Assembly: GCA_963716175.1 (NCBI GenBank)
Contig: OY970296.1
Location: forward strand, 2,944,001-3,008,000
Direction: 5' to 3'
Source: an uncultured Armatimonadetes bacterium
GTDB lineage: Bacteria > Armatimonadota > Hebobacteria > Hebobacterales > Hebobacteraceae
DNA: 64,000 nt
Below are positions 18,926 through 28,444 of the stretch, one piece after another (positions within the stretch are counted from its first letter, which is position 1; the number at the start of each line of letters is the position of its first letter). Below the pieces are notes generated by a model that was not told where the DNA came from, ran no database searches, and was given only the letters and a program-made list of their open reading frames with translations. A program made the position numbers and the translations under genes.

Positions 18926-19573
18926 ATGGCGGGAGCGAGGCAGCACATGAGCGGCGATCAAAGCACGGAGCAGGGCCTCAGATCATGGGATCGCCAGCTT
19001 GGTGAGAGCGAGCTGGCCCACCAGGCCTTCCTGGCATACCGGGATTCCGGGATTCCCCGGAACCTCGCCGCTACCGCGCGAGCGCTGGGCAAGCACGAAG
19101 GCCAGCTCTATCGCTGGAAGGATCGGCACGGGTGGGGCTACCGCCTGCTGGCCTGGGACGCGGCGCAGGGGAAGGCAGCGGAGGAGACGGCGCAGCGGGA
19201 ATGGGAGAGGCGCCGGCGCCGCTGGAGCCAGGCCGGAGATCACGTCCTGCAGGCCCTGCTGAGCAGACTGCTGGGCCTCATCACCACCGATCCCGAGACA
19301 GGCAAGGCGGCGCTGGATGGGAGAGTCAAGCTCGAACTCGGGCTGGGCATCGGGGAGTTCATCATGAAGTTCCAGCGCTGGCTGGCGGAGGCCCCTGCCG
19401 GCCCCGACGGGCCACCGGAGGCGGGCCCCGAGCTTCGCCGGATGGCGAGCGTGGAGCTGGAGAAGCTGAAACAACTGGCACTGGAGCAAGACACCGACCA
19501 CGAGGAGGCAGGAGGCGATGGCAAGCCGAAGTCGAGGCGCAAGCGCAGCGAGAGCGCGCAGACGCGCTCCTGA
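18926..19573 (+). CDS. Putative terminase small subunit (phage HTH protein)
   Basis: GESELAHQAFLAYRD...LAATARALGK...YRWKDRHGW..R..AWD motif; helical C-terminus; located upstream of TerL. Confidence 0.6.
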   Translation: MAGARQHMSGDQSTEQGLRSWDRQLGESELAHQAFLAYRDSGIPRNLAATARALGKHEGQLYRWKDRHGWGYRLLAWDAAQGKAAEETAQREWERRRRRWSQAGDHVLQALLSRLLGLITTDPETGKAALDGRVKLELGLGIGEFIMKFQRWLAEAPAGPDGPPEAGPELRRMASVELEKLKQLALEQDTDHEEAGGDGKPKSRRKRSESAQTRS

Positions 19574-20816
19574 GGTTCGCGACACGCGGGAGCTGCAGAT
19601 CGAGCACGTCCCGATCGACCGGCTGCGTCCCTGGCCGGGCAACCCGCGCGTCATGTCGGAGCCGGAGATGGCGAAGCTTATCCGGTCCATTGAGCAGTTC
19701 GGCCTGGTCGAGCCGCTGGTGGTGAGGAGACAGGATGACACCGTCATCGGCGGCCATCAGCGACTGGCAGCGGTGAAAGCGCGGGGCATGGCGCGCGTGC
19801 CTGTGGTCTACGTGGATGTTTCGGAGGCCCAGGCCAAGGCCCTGAACTTGGCGCTGAACAAGATCCAGGGCGAATGGGACCTGCCCAAGCTCGGGGAGCT
19901 GCTCGAGGAACTGCGCGATCTCCCCGATCTGGATGAGACGCTGTCGGGCTTCGATGACCGGGAGATCGAGACTGTCCTGGCAGAACTGGAGCGCCAGCAA
20001 CTCCCGGCGCCATGGGAGGAGAGCTTCGATGTGGCCGCGGAGATGCTGCAGGCACAGCGGCACGCGGCGCCGACGCGAGTGAAGCTGGGCGATATCTGGC
20101 AGCTCGGCCGGCACCAGCTCTATTGCGGTGACAGCCTCGCGCCCGGCGCGCTCGAGCGATTACTGGACGGAAGCAGGGCCGACGTGGTGCTGACCGACCC
20201 GCCGTACGGCGTCGGGTACCGATCAACTCTGGCCAAGCGCGGACGCAGGAAGCAGGGGATCGCCAATGACGCGGTGGGCGACTTCGACGCATTCCTCGAA
20301 AGAGCACTGCCGACTATCCAGTCGGTGATGAAGCGCGGCGGGGTGATGTACTGGTTTGCGGGAGGTGGGGGAGGAGAGCCCGTGCTGGCGAAGGCGCTGC
20401 TCGCGATCGCGCAGCACTTCACCCTGCTCAACACCATCGCCTGGGACAAGGTCGATCCGGGCTTGGGATGGCGTTGGCGCCGGAGCTGGGAGGCCGTCAT
20501 CGAGGCGAGCGTGGGAAAGCCGCGCGTCTGGAATGGCGGTACTGAGATGCGCAATGTGCTGCGCTTTGCCAAGGCAATCCCCCGGGCCGACGACCATCCC
20601 ACCCCCAAGCCCGTCGCGCTCCTCGAAGAGATCATCAAGGCGGCCGCACCCGGCCGCGGGGTGATCCTCGATCCGTTCGCCGGTTCGGGCGCCACCTTGA
20701 TCGCGGCGGAGCGGACGGGACGGACCTGCTCGGCCGCGGAGTTAGAACCCAGGTACTGCGACATCGTGGTTGCCCGATGGGAGGCACTGACGGGAGCTTG
20801 CGCCCAGCGCGGGTGA
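19518..20816 (+). CDS. ParB-like N-terminal domain fused to an N6/N4 DNA methyltransferase
   Basis: LRPWPGNPR...IGGHQRL (ParB-N); TDPPY, HPTPKPV and DPFAGSG (beta-class amino-methyltransferase). Confidence 0.92.
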   Translation: MASRSRGASAARARRRAPEVRDTRELQIEHVPIDRLRPWPGNPRVMSEPEMAKLIRSIEQFGLVEPLVVRRQDDTVIGGHQRLAAVKARGMARVPVVYVDVSEAQAKALNLALNKIQGEWDLPKLGELLEELRDLPDLDETLSGFDDREIETVLAELERQQLPAPWEESFDVAAEMLQAQRHAAPTRVKLGDIWQLGRHQLYCGDSLAPGALERLLDGSRADVVLTDPPYGVGYRSTLAKRGRRKQGIANDAVGDFDAFLERALPTIQSVMKRGGVMYWFAGGGGGEPVLAKALLAIAQHFTLLNTIAWDKVDPGLGWRWRRSWEAVIEASVGKPRVWNGGTEMRNVLRFAKAIPRADDHPTPKPVALLEEIIKAAAPGRGVILDPFAGSGATLIAAERTGRTCSAAELEPRYCDIVVARWEALTGACAQRG

Positions 20817-20854
20817 GCGGTCATTGGGTTTCCGACGCACCCGAGGTGAAGGTG

Positions 20855-22429
20855 ATGGGACGAACGAAGGACAGTCGCAGCCCGTACCAGCACGCGCTCG
20901 AGGAGATCGATCGGGTGCTGGACCGACGCGCTGATCCGATCGGCTGGATTGAGAGCAACCTGTGGCTGCGCACCAAGCAAAGGACAGTATCACCTTTTCT
21001 CCTGAACCCCGCCCAGCGGGACTACTACCGCAGGCGCACCACCCGCGACGTCGTGCTCAAAGGGAGGCAGATCGGTTGCAGCACCATGTGCTGCGCGTTG
21101 CTGTTCGCGGACACGGTGCTGCAGCCCAACGTCCACTCGGCGATCGTCGCCCACGACTTCGCCTCCAGTAAGCGGCTCTTTCAGATCATCCACCGGTTCT
21201 GGGAGCTGCTGCCCGAGCAGGAGCGGGCTGAGATCGGCAAGCCCCGCATCTACAGCCAGGAGGAGCTCTACTGGCCTTCCCTTGGCAGCCGCCTTTTCGT
21301 GGGGACAGCCGGCTCCCGCAGCTTCGGCCGCAGCCAAACCTTCGACAGCGTGCTGTGTTCCGAATTTGCCCGCTGGCCGGAACCGGAGGCGGCGCTCATC
21401 TCGCTCACCGAGGCGGTGCCCGCGACCGGCCGCATCATCGTCGAGTCGACCCCAGAGGGCATGGGGAATCCCTTTCACGAGCTGTGGATCCGGGCCAAAG
21501 CCGGGGAGAACGGATACCGGCCGCACTTTTATGCCTGGTGGTGGGATCTGGGATACCGGCTGGCGGGGCCGCCGCCGGAGGACATCACAGACGAGGAAGC
21601 CCAGCTTATGCGCGCCCATAACCTGGATGAGGATCAGCTGCGGTGGCGCCGCGCCAAGATGCGAGAGCTGAGAGATCGGTTCGCGCAGGAGTATCCGGAA
21701 AGCGATCTTACCTGCTTTCTGGCCAGCAACCGCGGCTGCTTCGATCCCCACGCGCTGGCCGGGGCCGGCCTGCGGATCGCGGGTGAGCCGCAGCCCGAGC
21801 AGATTCCCACTCTGCCTGATCGCTCCGGGCAGTCATTGGCAATCCCACCCGCTCGCCTCTTCATCTGGCGCCGCCCCGAAGCCGGGCGCAGCTACGTGAT
21901 GGGGGCCGACATCGGGGAAGGGCTGGACCACAGTGACCCCTCGGCCGCCTGCGTGCTCGATGAGAAGAGTGGTGAGCAGGTGGCGGAGTTGCAGGGGCGG
22001 GTCTCTCCCGAGCGCTTCGCCCGCTTGCTGGATGCGCTGGGCCGCTACTACCATGACGCCCACCTGGCGGTGGAGAGGAACGGTCACGGCCACTCGACTC
22101 TGAGCACGCTGCTGCACACCACGCAGTATCCGGCCCTCTACCACCATAGTGACTACGATCAGTCAGGGCGGCAAGAGCGCCGGCCGGGCTGGCCCACCAA
22201 TCAGAAGACCAAGCCCATCATGATCGACGATCTCGCGGAGGCGATCGCGGGAGGGCAGTTGCTGATTCATTCCGCGGAGTTGTTGGACGAATGCCGCAGC
22301 TTCGTCACCACGGACACCGGCGCCACCGAGGCACAGCCCGGCAGGCACGATGACCGGGTTATAGCGGCCGCCATCGCGTGGCAGGTGCGCAAGCGACCCA
22401 GGCCGGTGTTTCGGATCGCGAGGGCATGA
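20855..22429 (+). CDS. Terminase large subunit
   Basis: LNPAQ, Walker A KGRQIGCST, Walker B VLCSE, coupling motif ESTP; RNase-H-like GADIGEG, VERN and HDDRVIAAAIA. Confidence 0.9.
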   Translation: MGRTKDSRSPYQHALEEIDRVLDRRADPIGWIESNLWLRTKQRTVSPFLLNPAQRDYYRRRTTRDVVLKGRQIGCSTMCCALLFADTVLQPNVHSAIVAHDFASSKRLFQIIHRFWELLPEQERAEIGKPRIYSQEELYWPSLGSRLFVGTAGSRSFGRSQTFDSVLCSEFARWPEPEAALISLTEAVPATGRIIVESTPEGMGNPFHELWIRAKAGENGYRPHFYAWWWDLGYRLAGPPPEDITDEEAQLMRAHNLDEDQLRWRRAKMRELRDRFAQEYPESDLTCFLASNRGCFDPHALAGAGLRIAGEPQPEQIPTLPDRSGQSLAIPPARLFIWRRPEAGRSYVMGADIGEGLDHSDPSAACVLDEKSGEQVAELQGRVSPERFARLLDALGRYYHDAHLAVERNGHGHSTLSTLLHTTQYPALYHHSDYDQSGRQERRPGWPTNQKTKPIMIDDLAEAIAGGQLLIHSAELLDECRSFVTTDTGATEAQPGRHDDRVIAAAIAWQVRKRPRPVFRIARA

Positions 22430-22690
22430 CGCACCGAGGATCGCGCATCGGCCCGCTGCTTGCGCGGGGCGGTCCGCATGCGGGCACTAGAGCCGAATTC
22501 AGTCCCCAATCTACGGTCGCATCGCTATGCGTCAACCGCGGTAAGGACTGGCAACGACCGATCCCTTTTTCGCCTTGCTGAAACAGACGTTTGTGGCGCG
22601 AGTCGGAGTATCGGCCGAGCCCTGAGGCCCCGGGGCCGGTTCCACCGGCGGGTGACATGCACACTCGGCCCCAGGCTGAGAAGTCAGGCT

Positions 22691-24106
22691 TCACTGTGCC
22701 ACCACCAGGAGGCGCGCCGCCTGCGCCACAAAGTGCTCCACGGAGACAACACAGAAGCCGGTTGCAGCCAGCAGGTCCCGCAACTCCTCCTCCGTGTACT
22801 GCTTCGAATGTTCACTGATGTCACGCGCCACACCAGGGGCAAACTCTGGTATCTCCCGCCAGTGACACTCTCGTCGCGTCGGCAGGTCAGCCGGGGGCGG
22901 AGCATACTCCGCCGCGTCGGGGGTGACGAGAACGAGGGTGCCACCTTCGACCAGATGCCTCCGCAACCACCGGAGAGGCCCGGCAGGCGCGAAGGCGAGG
23001 TGCTCCAGCGTCTCAGAGAATAGGACAAGATCGCAGGGGCCGACATCTATCTCGAAAAGTCGCGGGTCGTCCAGATCGGCCCGCAGGAGAGGGAAACGCC
23101 ACTCCAGTTGCACCTCGCGCGGCGTACGGTCGTCAATGTCGAGCGCCACGACTTCCCATCCCAGGCGCGAGAGGAAAACGGCCTCCGTCCCGAACTTGGC
23201 CCCGGCCACCAACGCCCGTCCAGCTGGCAGGGGCACGATCTTCTCCGCGCAGGCCACCTTCCACCCCAGGGAGTAGGCATCGTACTGCTCACTTGGCGTG
23301 TACCGCGCCACCTCCGCCATGCACTCCCGGTACAACGCCGTGATCTCCTCGCGGGTAATCGGGTAAGAGTCCGCCTTCCGCGGCAGCCGCGACGGCCGCG
23401 GTCCAGGCGAGAAGCCCGGTCCCACGGCGCCCCCTCCGTGCGACGGCAGCACGACCTGCTCGGGCCGTCCCGGCACCCCGAGCCCCTCCCACGTCCACAC
23501 CCCCGGCGAGCACAGCACCCACAGGCCATCGGCCAGCCGCTCCTGCGTGCTGCAGCGATGAGATGGCTCCCCGGAGAGGAAGGCCTCGTCGCCGCACCAC
23601 TCGCCCCACCGGCAGAGGAGCCGTGGCCGCGGATCGTCTGGAGTGGCAAGGCTCTCATCCACTGGCATGATGAAGGGAGTGAAGGGGTCGCCGGTGAGCT
23701 CGTGGGCAAGCCCCAGAAGCCTCGGCGGGAACTCCTCAGGCCACACCCGCGCCGCGAGCTCCCATACCCACCGCACCCAAGCGAGAGGGCCGAAGTCCCG
23801 GGCTGGTGCGCGGTTCACGATTCGCCCCGGCCCCTCCATCCAGGCCGCGTTCCTGCGGAGGTCCACGCGTAACTCGTCCCTCTGGCGGCGCAAGTGCTGC
23901 AGTCGCGCCGCGACCATGCCTGCATCCTCGGCGGCACCCGCCGCCCGCGCTATCCGCGTTAGACTGCCAGGGGTGAGGGGATCGGTCTGTTCCTCCATTC
24001 CAACGTAGGCGGCAATAGCGAGAGACACCACCGCGTCAGCCGCCTGCTCCGGCGTAGCGTCCACCACCCCGCGCATCTCCGGCGGCAGATCCTCACCGCG
24101 CATCAT
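22691..24106 (-). CDS. Unknown N-terminal region + class I SAM methyltransferase domain
   Basis: ALVAGAKFG, VVALDID, LFSETLEHL, LVLVTPD, HSKQYTEEEL. Confidence 0.7.
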   Translation of the reverse strand: MMRGEDLPPEMRGVVDATPEQAADAVVSLAIAAYVGMEEQTDPLTPGSLTRIARAAGAAEDAGMVAARLQHLRRQRDELRVDLRRNAAWMEGPGRIVNRAPARDFGPLAWVRWVWELAARVWPEEFPPRLLGLAHELTGDPFTPFIMPVDESLATPDDPRPRLLCRWGEWCGDEAFLSGEPSHRCSTQERLADGLWVLCSPGVWTWEGLGVPGRPEQVVLPSHGGGAVGPGFSPGPRPSRLPRKADSYPITREEITALYRECMAEVARYTPSEQYDAYSLGWKVACAEKIVPLPAGRALVAGAKFGTEAVFLSRLGWEVVALDIDDRTPREVQLEWRFPLLRADLDDPRLFEIDVGPCDLVLFSETLEHLAFAPAGPLRWLRRHLVEGGTLVLVTPDAAEYAPPPADLPTRRECHWREIPEFAPGVARDISEHSKQYTEEELRDLLAATGFCVVSVEHFVAQAARLLVVAQ

Positions 24107-24291
24107 GCTGGTTCCCCCCTCCGCGTCCTGTCGTGGTCGGCCGGGTAGTCATCGCGCATGCCCTTCGGCGGCTCCACGGGCAGCAGGCCGGCCTTCCATG
24201 CCTGCTCGCGTACGTAGGCCCTGACGTCGGCATAGCTCTCCCCAGCAAGGCCATTCAGCGCCTCCACGCGACTGTGCGTAGTCAGCGCCAA
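24103..24291 (-). CDS. Small hypothetical protein
   Basis: 62-aa ORF with an ATGA overlap into the next gene. Confidence 0.35.
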   Translation of the reverse strand: MALTTHSRVEALNGLAGESYADVRAYVREQAWKAGLLPVEPPKGMRDDYPADHDRTRRGEPA

Positions 24292-24409
24292 TAGGGATGT
24301 GTCTCATCTGAGACCGTGACCTGCCCCCGTAAGTGATACCACCCGCTAAGTGAGTCTCATAGCGGAGGGGGGTGCTCCCCGTTTCTGTACCACCTGGAAT
24401 GAGACTTCT

Positions 24410-25252
24410 TCAGTTCAAAACAGTAAGCGCATGTTTGCTGACCGCAGGGGTCAGCGCCGCGGCCGAGGCCCGCGCGAAGTCCTCCGGCGACAGCTCTCCG
24501 AGCGCGCTGTGCGGCCGCCCCGCATTGTAGTGCTTCCGCCAGGCTTCGATCCTCTCCTGCGCATCCGCCACCGATAGGAACCAATGCTCGTTCAGGCATT
24601 CCTGTCGGAAGCGGCTGTTGAACGCCTCAATGAGCGCATTGTCCTGGGGCTTTCCGGGGCGGCTGAAGTCCAGCGTCACTCCGTTCCAGTACGCCCATTG
24701 GTCCATCGCTACCGACGTGAACTCAGTGCCGTTGTCCACGCGGATGCTGCGGGGCGCACCCCGCTGCCGGATCACCTCGTTGAGCACCTCCACCACGTCG
24801 TCGCCCTTCAGGCTGACTCCCACCTTCAGTGCGAGACACTCACGGCTGTAGTTGTCCACCAGCGTCAGAATCCGAATCCATCGTCCCGAATACAACTGGT
24901 CCGACATGAAGTCCATGCTCCAGGTTTCGTTGGTCTGTTGAGCGGCCGCGATCCTCACCCTCCGCGCCGCGCTCACCCGTCTCCTGGGGCGTCTGCGGCG
25001 CAATCCCAGCCCTTCCTCCCGGTAGAGCCGGAACACCAGCTTGTGGTTGGCCTCCCAGCCCTCTCTCCGCAACAGCAGTCCGAGCCGCCTATATCCGTAG
25101 CTCGGCCGAGCTCCAGCCAGGTCCCGCAACCTTCCCCTCAAGTCATCCCGCCTGTTCGCCAGGCTCCGGTAGCGGTGGCTCGCGCGAGGGACGTGCAACA
25201 CCGCACAGGCCCGACGCTCGCTTACCCCGTAGCTCGCCACCAGCGATTGCAC
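24410..25252 (-). CDS. IS3 transposase OrfB (DDE), expressed by -1 frameshift
   Basis: YGYRR, WSMDF, VDNGTEF, IEAFNSRFRQECLN, YNAGRPHSAL. Confidence 0.95.
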   Translation of the reverse strand: MQSLVASYGVSERRACAVLHVPRASHRYRSLANRRDDLRGRLRDLAGARPSYGYRRLGLLLRREGWEANHKLVFRLYREEGLGLRRRRPRRRVSAARRVRIAAAQQTNETWSMDFMSDQLYSGRWIRILTLVDNYSRECLALKVGVSLKGDDVVEVLNEVIRQRGAPRSIRVDNGTEFTSVAMDQWAYWNGVTLDFSRPGKPQDNALIEAFNSRFRQECLNEHWFLSVADAQERIEAWRKHYNAGRPHSALGELSPEDFARASAAALTPAVSKHALTVLN

Positions 25253-25275
25253 CAGCTCCCGCCGGCGAACAGGCG

Positions 25276-25542
25276 TCAGGCTTTTTTTCGCAGCACCTCC
25301 TGCAGCATCGCCTTATCCAGCGTCAGGTCAGCCACCAGCTGCCGCAGCCGGCGGTTCTCATCTTCCACCTGCCGCAGCCGCCTGATCTCGGACACTCCGA
25401 GCCCCGCGTACCGCCGCTTCCAGCGGTAGAACGTCTGCTCCGCCACCCCCATCTTCCGGCAGATCTCCGCCACCGCGGTGCCCGCCTCCGCCTGCTGCAA
25501 TGCGAACGCGATCTGGGGTTCTGTGTACCGCTTCCGCTGCAT
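25276..25542 (-). CDS. IS3 transposase OrfA
   Basis: RYTEPQI...ICRKMGVAEQTFYRWK...ENRRLRQLVADL. Ends in the slippery A7G motif (25281-25288). Confidence 0.93.
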   Translation of the reverse strand: MQRKRYTEPQIAFALQQAEAGTAVAEICRKMGVAEQTFYRWKRRYAGLGVSEIRRLRQVEDENRRLRQLVADLTLDKAMLQEVLRKKA

Positions 25543-25696
25543 CTCAATACCCTCCCGGAATGAGTTTCCTTCCGCTTGCTTCCTCTCATTCTGGGTGGAT
25601 CAGAAAACGGGGATCAGGCCCCAGGACTCCATCTATGACATTACACCTGGACTCGTTCTTGGGGGCAAGGCCATCCGGTTGACGCGCCGGATCGTC

Positions 25697-26821
25697 TCAG
25701 TAGCGAAGTGCCAGTGAGATTAGCAGCTGATTCCTCCTGTCGGCTGGGAGGGCACGATCATACCCGTTCTCGTACCGGATCCTGAGGAAGACGTCATCCC
25801 GCGACGGCAGGAACCAGTAATCCACCGTGGCCGTGAGCAGGTTCTTGAGCTTCCTCCCCTGCGGGTCCCCAGAGAACGTGTACCATCCCGATGACTCGGC
25901 GTACAGGGAAACGGTCGGCTGATCGGTAATGGCGTCGGCGTGGCCCCAGGCCATATCGCGCACGGTGGCCACCCAGTCCGCTCCACCCTCCGCCTCCGTT
26001 ACCGTGTCCAGGAAGACCTGCTGCAACTGGGTACGGCGGTTCGCCGGGATCTGCCCGATCTTCCCGGCCAGGTCTTGCGCCTGGGTGTAGGTGGGCGCCT
26101 GGCTCAGGAACACCCCGGCGATCTCCGCGGCAGTCTTCCCAACGTCCGCGTTCTTCCGCCACCCGAACGCCTTGCCGAGGAAGGAACGATAGGTGAGCAG
26201 CTCACTTCCGGAGATCGTGGTCGTGCCAGTGTCCGACTCCTGCCGCTGCGCGTTCACGCCAAACACAATCCAGTTCGAGGCTTGACAGCGAGCCGCCCCC
26301 GGAATCCGCATCGGGGGCGATTCCAGGCCGATGGCGTATTGCAGAATCCCCTTCTCGGGATCACCCGCGATCAGGGCGGTTCCCCGCAACTGGAGCCTCT
26401 CCAGACCCCTGAGAGTCAACGGCTGCACGCCCTCAGCCTCCAGCAGCGACCCGCCAATGGTGGTGGTGCCCTTCTCAAACCGCAGGCTGAGCCGGTTTCG
26501 GTCCCCGGTGCCGTTGGGCACTGCTGGGGCCAGCAGATCGATCCCGTGTGCGTACTTGAACGGCGTCCCCGTGCTATGCACTAACTGGCCATGGTAGCTG
26601 ACCCGCGAGAAGGATTCATCCGCTTGCCCGGATGTGAAGTCGAAGCGATAGCCGGCGTCGATCTCGACAGCACTGATGGGGGCGGGGTTCTGCGCCTCTA
26701 CAGCGAGGTCGGCGGCCGTAGCGGCACTGCACGGCCAGGCAGAGAGTAATACCGCGACCAGCGAGACGCAGAGCGTCAGGCCGGCGTGACCGGTGCGTTG
26801 CGTTCCTGTTCGGTATGACAT
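25697..26821 (-). CDS. Secreted hypothetical protein, possibly an outer-membrane beta-barrel
   Basis: Signal peptide (...AWPCSA); amphipathic strands; aromatic-ending C-terminus LLISLALRY. Confidence 0.55.
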   Translation of the reverse strand: MSYRTGTQRTGHAGLTLCVSLVAVLLSAWPCSAATAADLAVEAQNPAPISAVEIDAGYRFDFTSGQADESFSRVSYHGQLVHSTGTPFKYAHGIDLLAPAVPNGTGDRNRLSLRFEKGTTTIGGSLLEAEGVQPLTLRGLERLQLRGTALIAGDPEKGILQYAIGLESPPMRIPGAARCQASNWIVFGVNAQRQESDTGTTTISGSELLTYRSFLGKAFGWRKNADVGKTAAEIAGVFLSQAPTYTQAQDLAGKIGQIPANRRTQLQQVFLDTVTEAEGGADWVATVRDMAWGHADAITDQPTVSLYAESSGWYTFSGDPQGRKLKNLLTATVDYWFLPSRDDVFLRIRYENGYDRALPADRRNQLLISLALRY

Positions 26822-27159
26822 CACGCCTCCTCGGCGATCGCCTGCAGCGTTCCCACAGTGCTGGTGCCGTCCCACCCCCCTGGGTCAACGGCCTCAGGCT
26901 TGCCCAGTCTGGTGACGATGCTTTGCCAAAGAGATCGCCGTTCGCTGCTGTTTGGCTTCTCCGGGTCGATGTAGAAGCGCCGGAGAATCAGCCCACCCAC
27001 GTAGGCGAACTCGACTGTGCTTGCGCCCACGGGTTCTCTGACATAGGCCTGCACCCGGGCGGCAGCAGCATCGCCGCCTGATGAGCCGGTTTCCGCCTTG
27101 AGGGCATCAAGCACGTGCTTCCGGTTGATTCGTCGCTGCTGTTTGGTCAATCCTGCCAT
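26821..27159 (-). CDS. Hypothetical protein
   Basis: RBS GAGGAG before ATG 27159; TGATG coupling to the next gene. Confidence 0.6.
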   Translation of the reverse strand: MAGLTKQQRRINRKHVLDALKAETGSSGGDAAAARVQAYVREPVGASTVEFAYVGGLILRRFYIDPEKPNSSERRSLWQSIVTRLGKPEAVDPGGWDGTSTVGTLQAIAEEA

Positions 27160-27345
27160 GGCGTGCGCTCCTCGAGTCAGCCAGGTTGGTCCGACAACCC
27201 AGATCGCGTCACCGCACCAGCACCAGAGTTCCTCACCAGTCCATCTCCCGAGAGCCGGACGCTTCTCCTCCCTCGGCCTGCTGCCCCCCATGTGTTCCTG
27301 CAGGTGGGTGCCGGCATCCCGAGCTGGGCTCGCGACCGCATGAGT

Positions 27346-28110
27346 CTATGCATCCGGCACGTGCCCGAAGCCGAGCAGCTTGTCCATTCGGCTGAAGACG
27401 TAGCTGAACCCCTGCACCCGCGAGCTCTTGTTGCCCTCGATGGTGTAGAGCATGCCGTTCGTCAGCTGATAGACCAGCCCCACGTGGCCCTCCCATCCCG
27501 CAAGCTGCACCCGCCACCACACGACCAGGTCTCCAGGCTCCGGCTCATAGCCACTCCCGGGAGCATGCCCCCAGCCCTTGTCCTTGAACTCTCTGAGCAG
27601 CGCCCTGGCACCTGGGCAGAAGGGGAACGGCATGTTCTCTTTGTCGCCGCCACAGGCCTGCAGGTAGCACCAACTCACGAACGATGCGCACCAGGAGTTG
27701 CCCTCTTCCAGGCCGGCAGGAGCCAGGTACTTCCTGACCCACGGCCCGCGGTTGTTCCCGCCCACTTCGCGCGCTCCCGCCTTGAGCTCAGCGATGGCTG
27801 CGCCGAGGGCAGCACGACCCAGTACGCTGCCGCCTGCGTCCGCCGGCGGCAACTTGGTGAAGTCCACTGCCTGGGGATGATCGGCATCCGGATGCTGGAG
27901 ACTCCACAGTGTGAGGGGGCCCACCTGTCCATCCACCACCAGCGGCTGGCCCCGAAGATCGAGGTGTTGCGACTGGAAGGCCTTGACAGCGCGCACGGTC
28001 TGGGGGCCGAAGACGCCGTCCACCTCAACCGGGTAACCACGAACGACCAGCGCTCTCTGCACATCCGCAACTTCCGGGCCCTGGTCCCCCTGCTTCAGCA
28101 CGGTCCCCAT
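27346..28110 (-). CDS. Peptidoglycan-binding domain + CHAP amidase
   Basis: LKQGDQG.EV..VQ...VDGVFGPQT..AVKAFQ...VDGQVGPLT; CHAP WCASFVSW, GHVGLV and TIEGN. Confidence 0.9.
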   Translation of the reverse strand: MGTVLKQGDQGPEVADVQRALVVRGYPVEVDGVFGPQTVRAVKAFQSQHLDLRGQPLVVDGQVGPLTLWSLQHPDADHPQAVDFTKLPPADAGGSVLGRAALGAAIAELKAGAREVGGNNRGPWVRKYLAPAGLEEGNSWCASFVSWCYLQACGGDKENMPFPFCPGARALLREFKDKGWGHAPGSGYEPEPGDLVVWWRVQLAGWEGHVGLVYQLTNGMLYTIEGNKSSRVQGFSYVFSRMDKLLGFGHVPDA

Positions 28111-28270
28111 CAGCGATCTCCCTTCTGCGTTGACACAGGCACGCCGCCGGGCTGCATCCCGCGGCGGATAGGGGCCGCGAGGCCGCGTCCGCAGGACACG
28201 AACTCTCAGGTGGGTGGGTGGCACGATTCAGCGAGGCAGCACAGGATGAGAGCAAGATTCCCCCCGCTGA

Positions 28271-28299
28271 ATGCTAGCGAGAGTTGCCGCTGCTGTCAA
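28271..28299 (-). promoter_or_regulatory. Sigma70-like promoter (leftward)
   Basis: Minus-strand TTGACA-17 nt-TAGCAT upstream of the CHAP gene. Confidence 0.6.
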
Positions 28300-28345
28300 C
28301 AGGCGGGCCGGCAACACACGACGTGGCAGCACCGCGCGATCACAG

Positions 28346-28374
28346 TTGACACTGCCGGGCCGGTGTGATAGCCT
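28346..28374 (+). promoter_or_regulatory. Sigma70-like promoter (rightward)
   Basis: TTGACA-17 nt-TAGCCT with an extended TG. Confidence 0.6.
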
Positions 28375-28444
28375 CCGCCTTGCTGCGGTCCGCGCATCGA
28401 CAGTGACGTGAAGGAACATGCGGCCCGCGGCGAGGGAGGGGGCA

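Larger units (their letters stand above)
24317..25621 (-). mobile_element. IS3-family insertion sequence (IS407-group-like)
   Basis: Imperfect inverted repeats TGACCTGCCCCCGT..GATACCACCC and GGGCCTGATCCCCGT..GATCCACCC; orfA/orfB. No clear target duplication; right end uncertain by about 2 bp. Confidence 0.92.

Noticed and set aside
19518-20816. Restriction-modification or ParABS system
   Set aside because: ParB-MTase fusions are common beside phage terminases; no REase or ParA is present.
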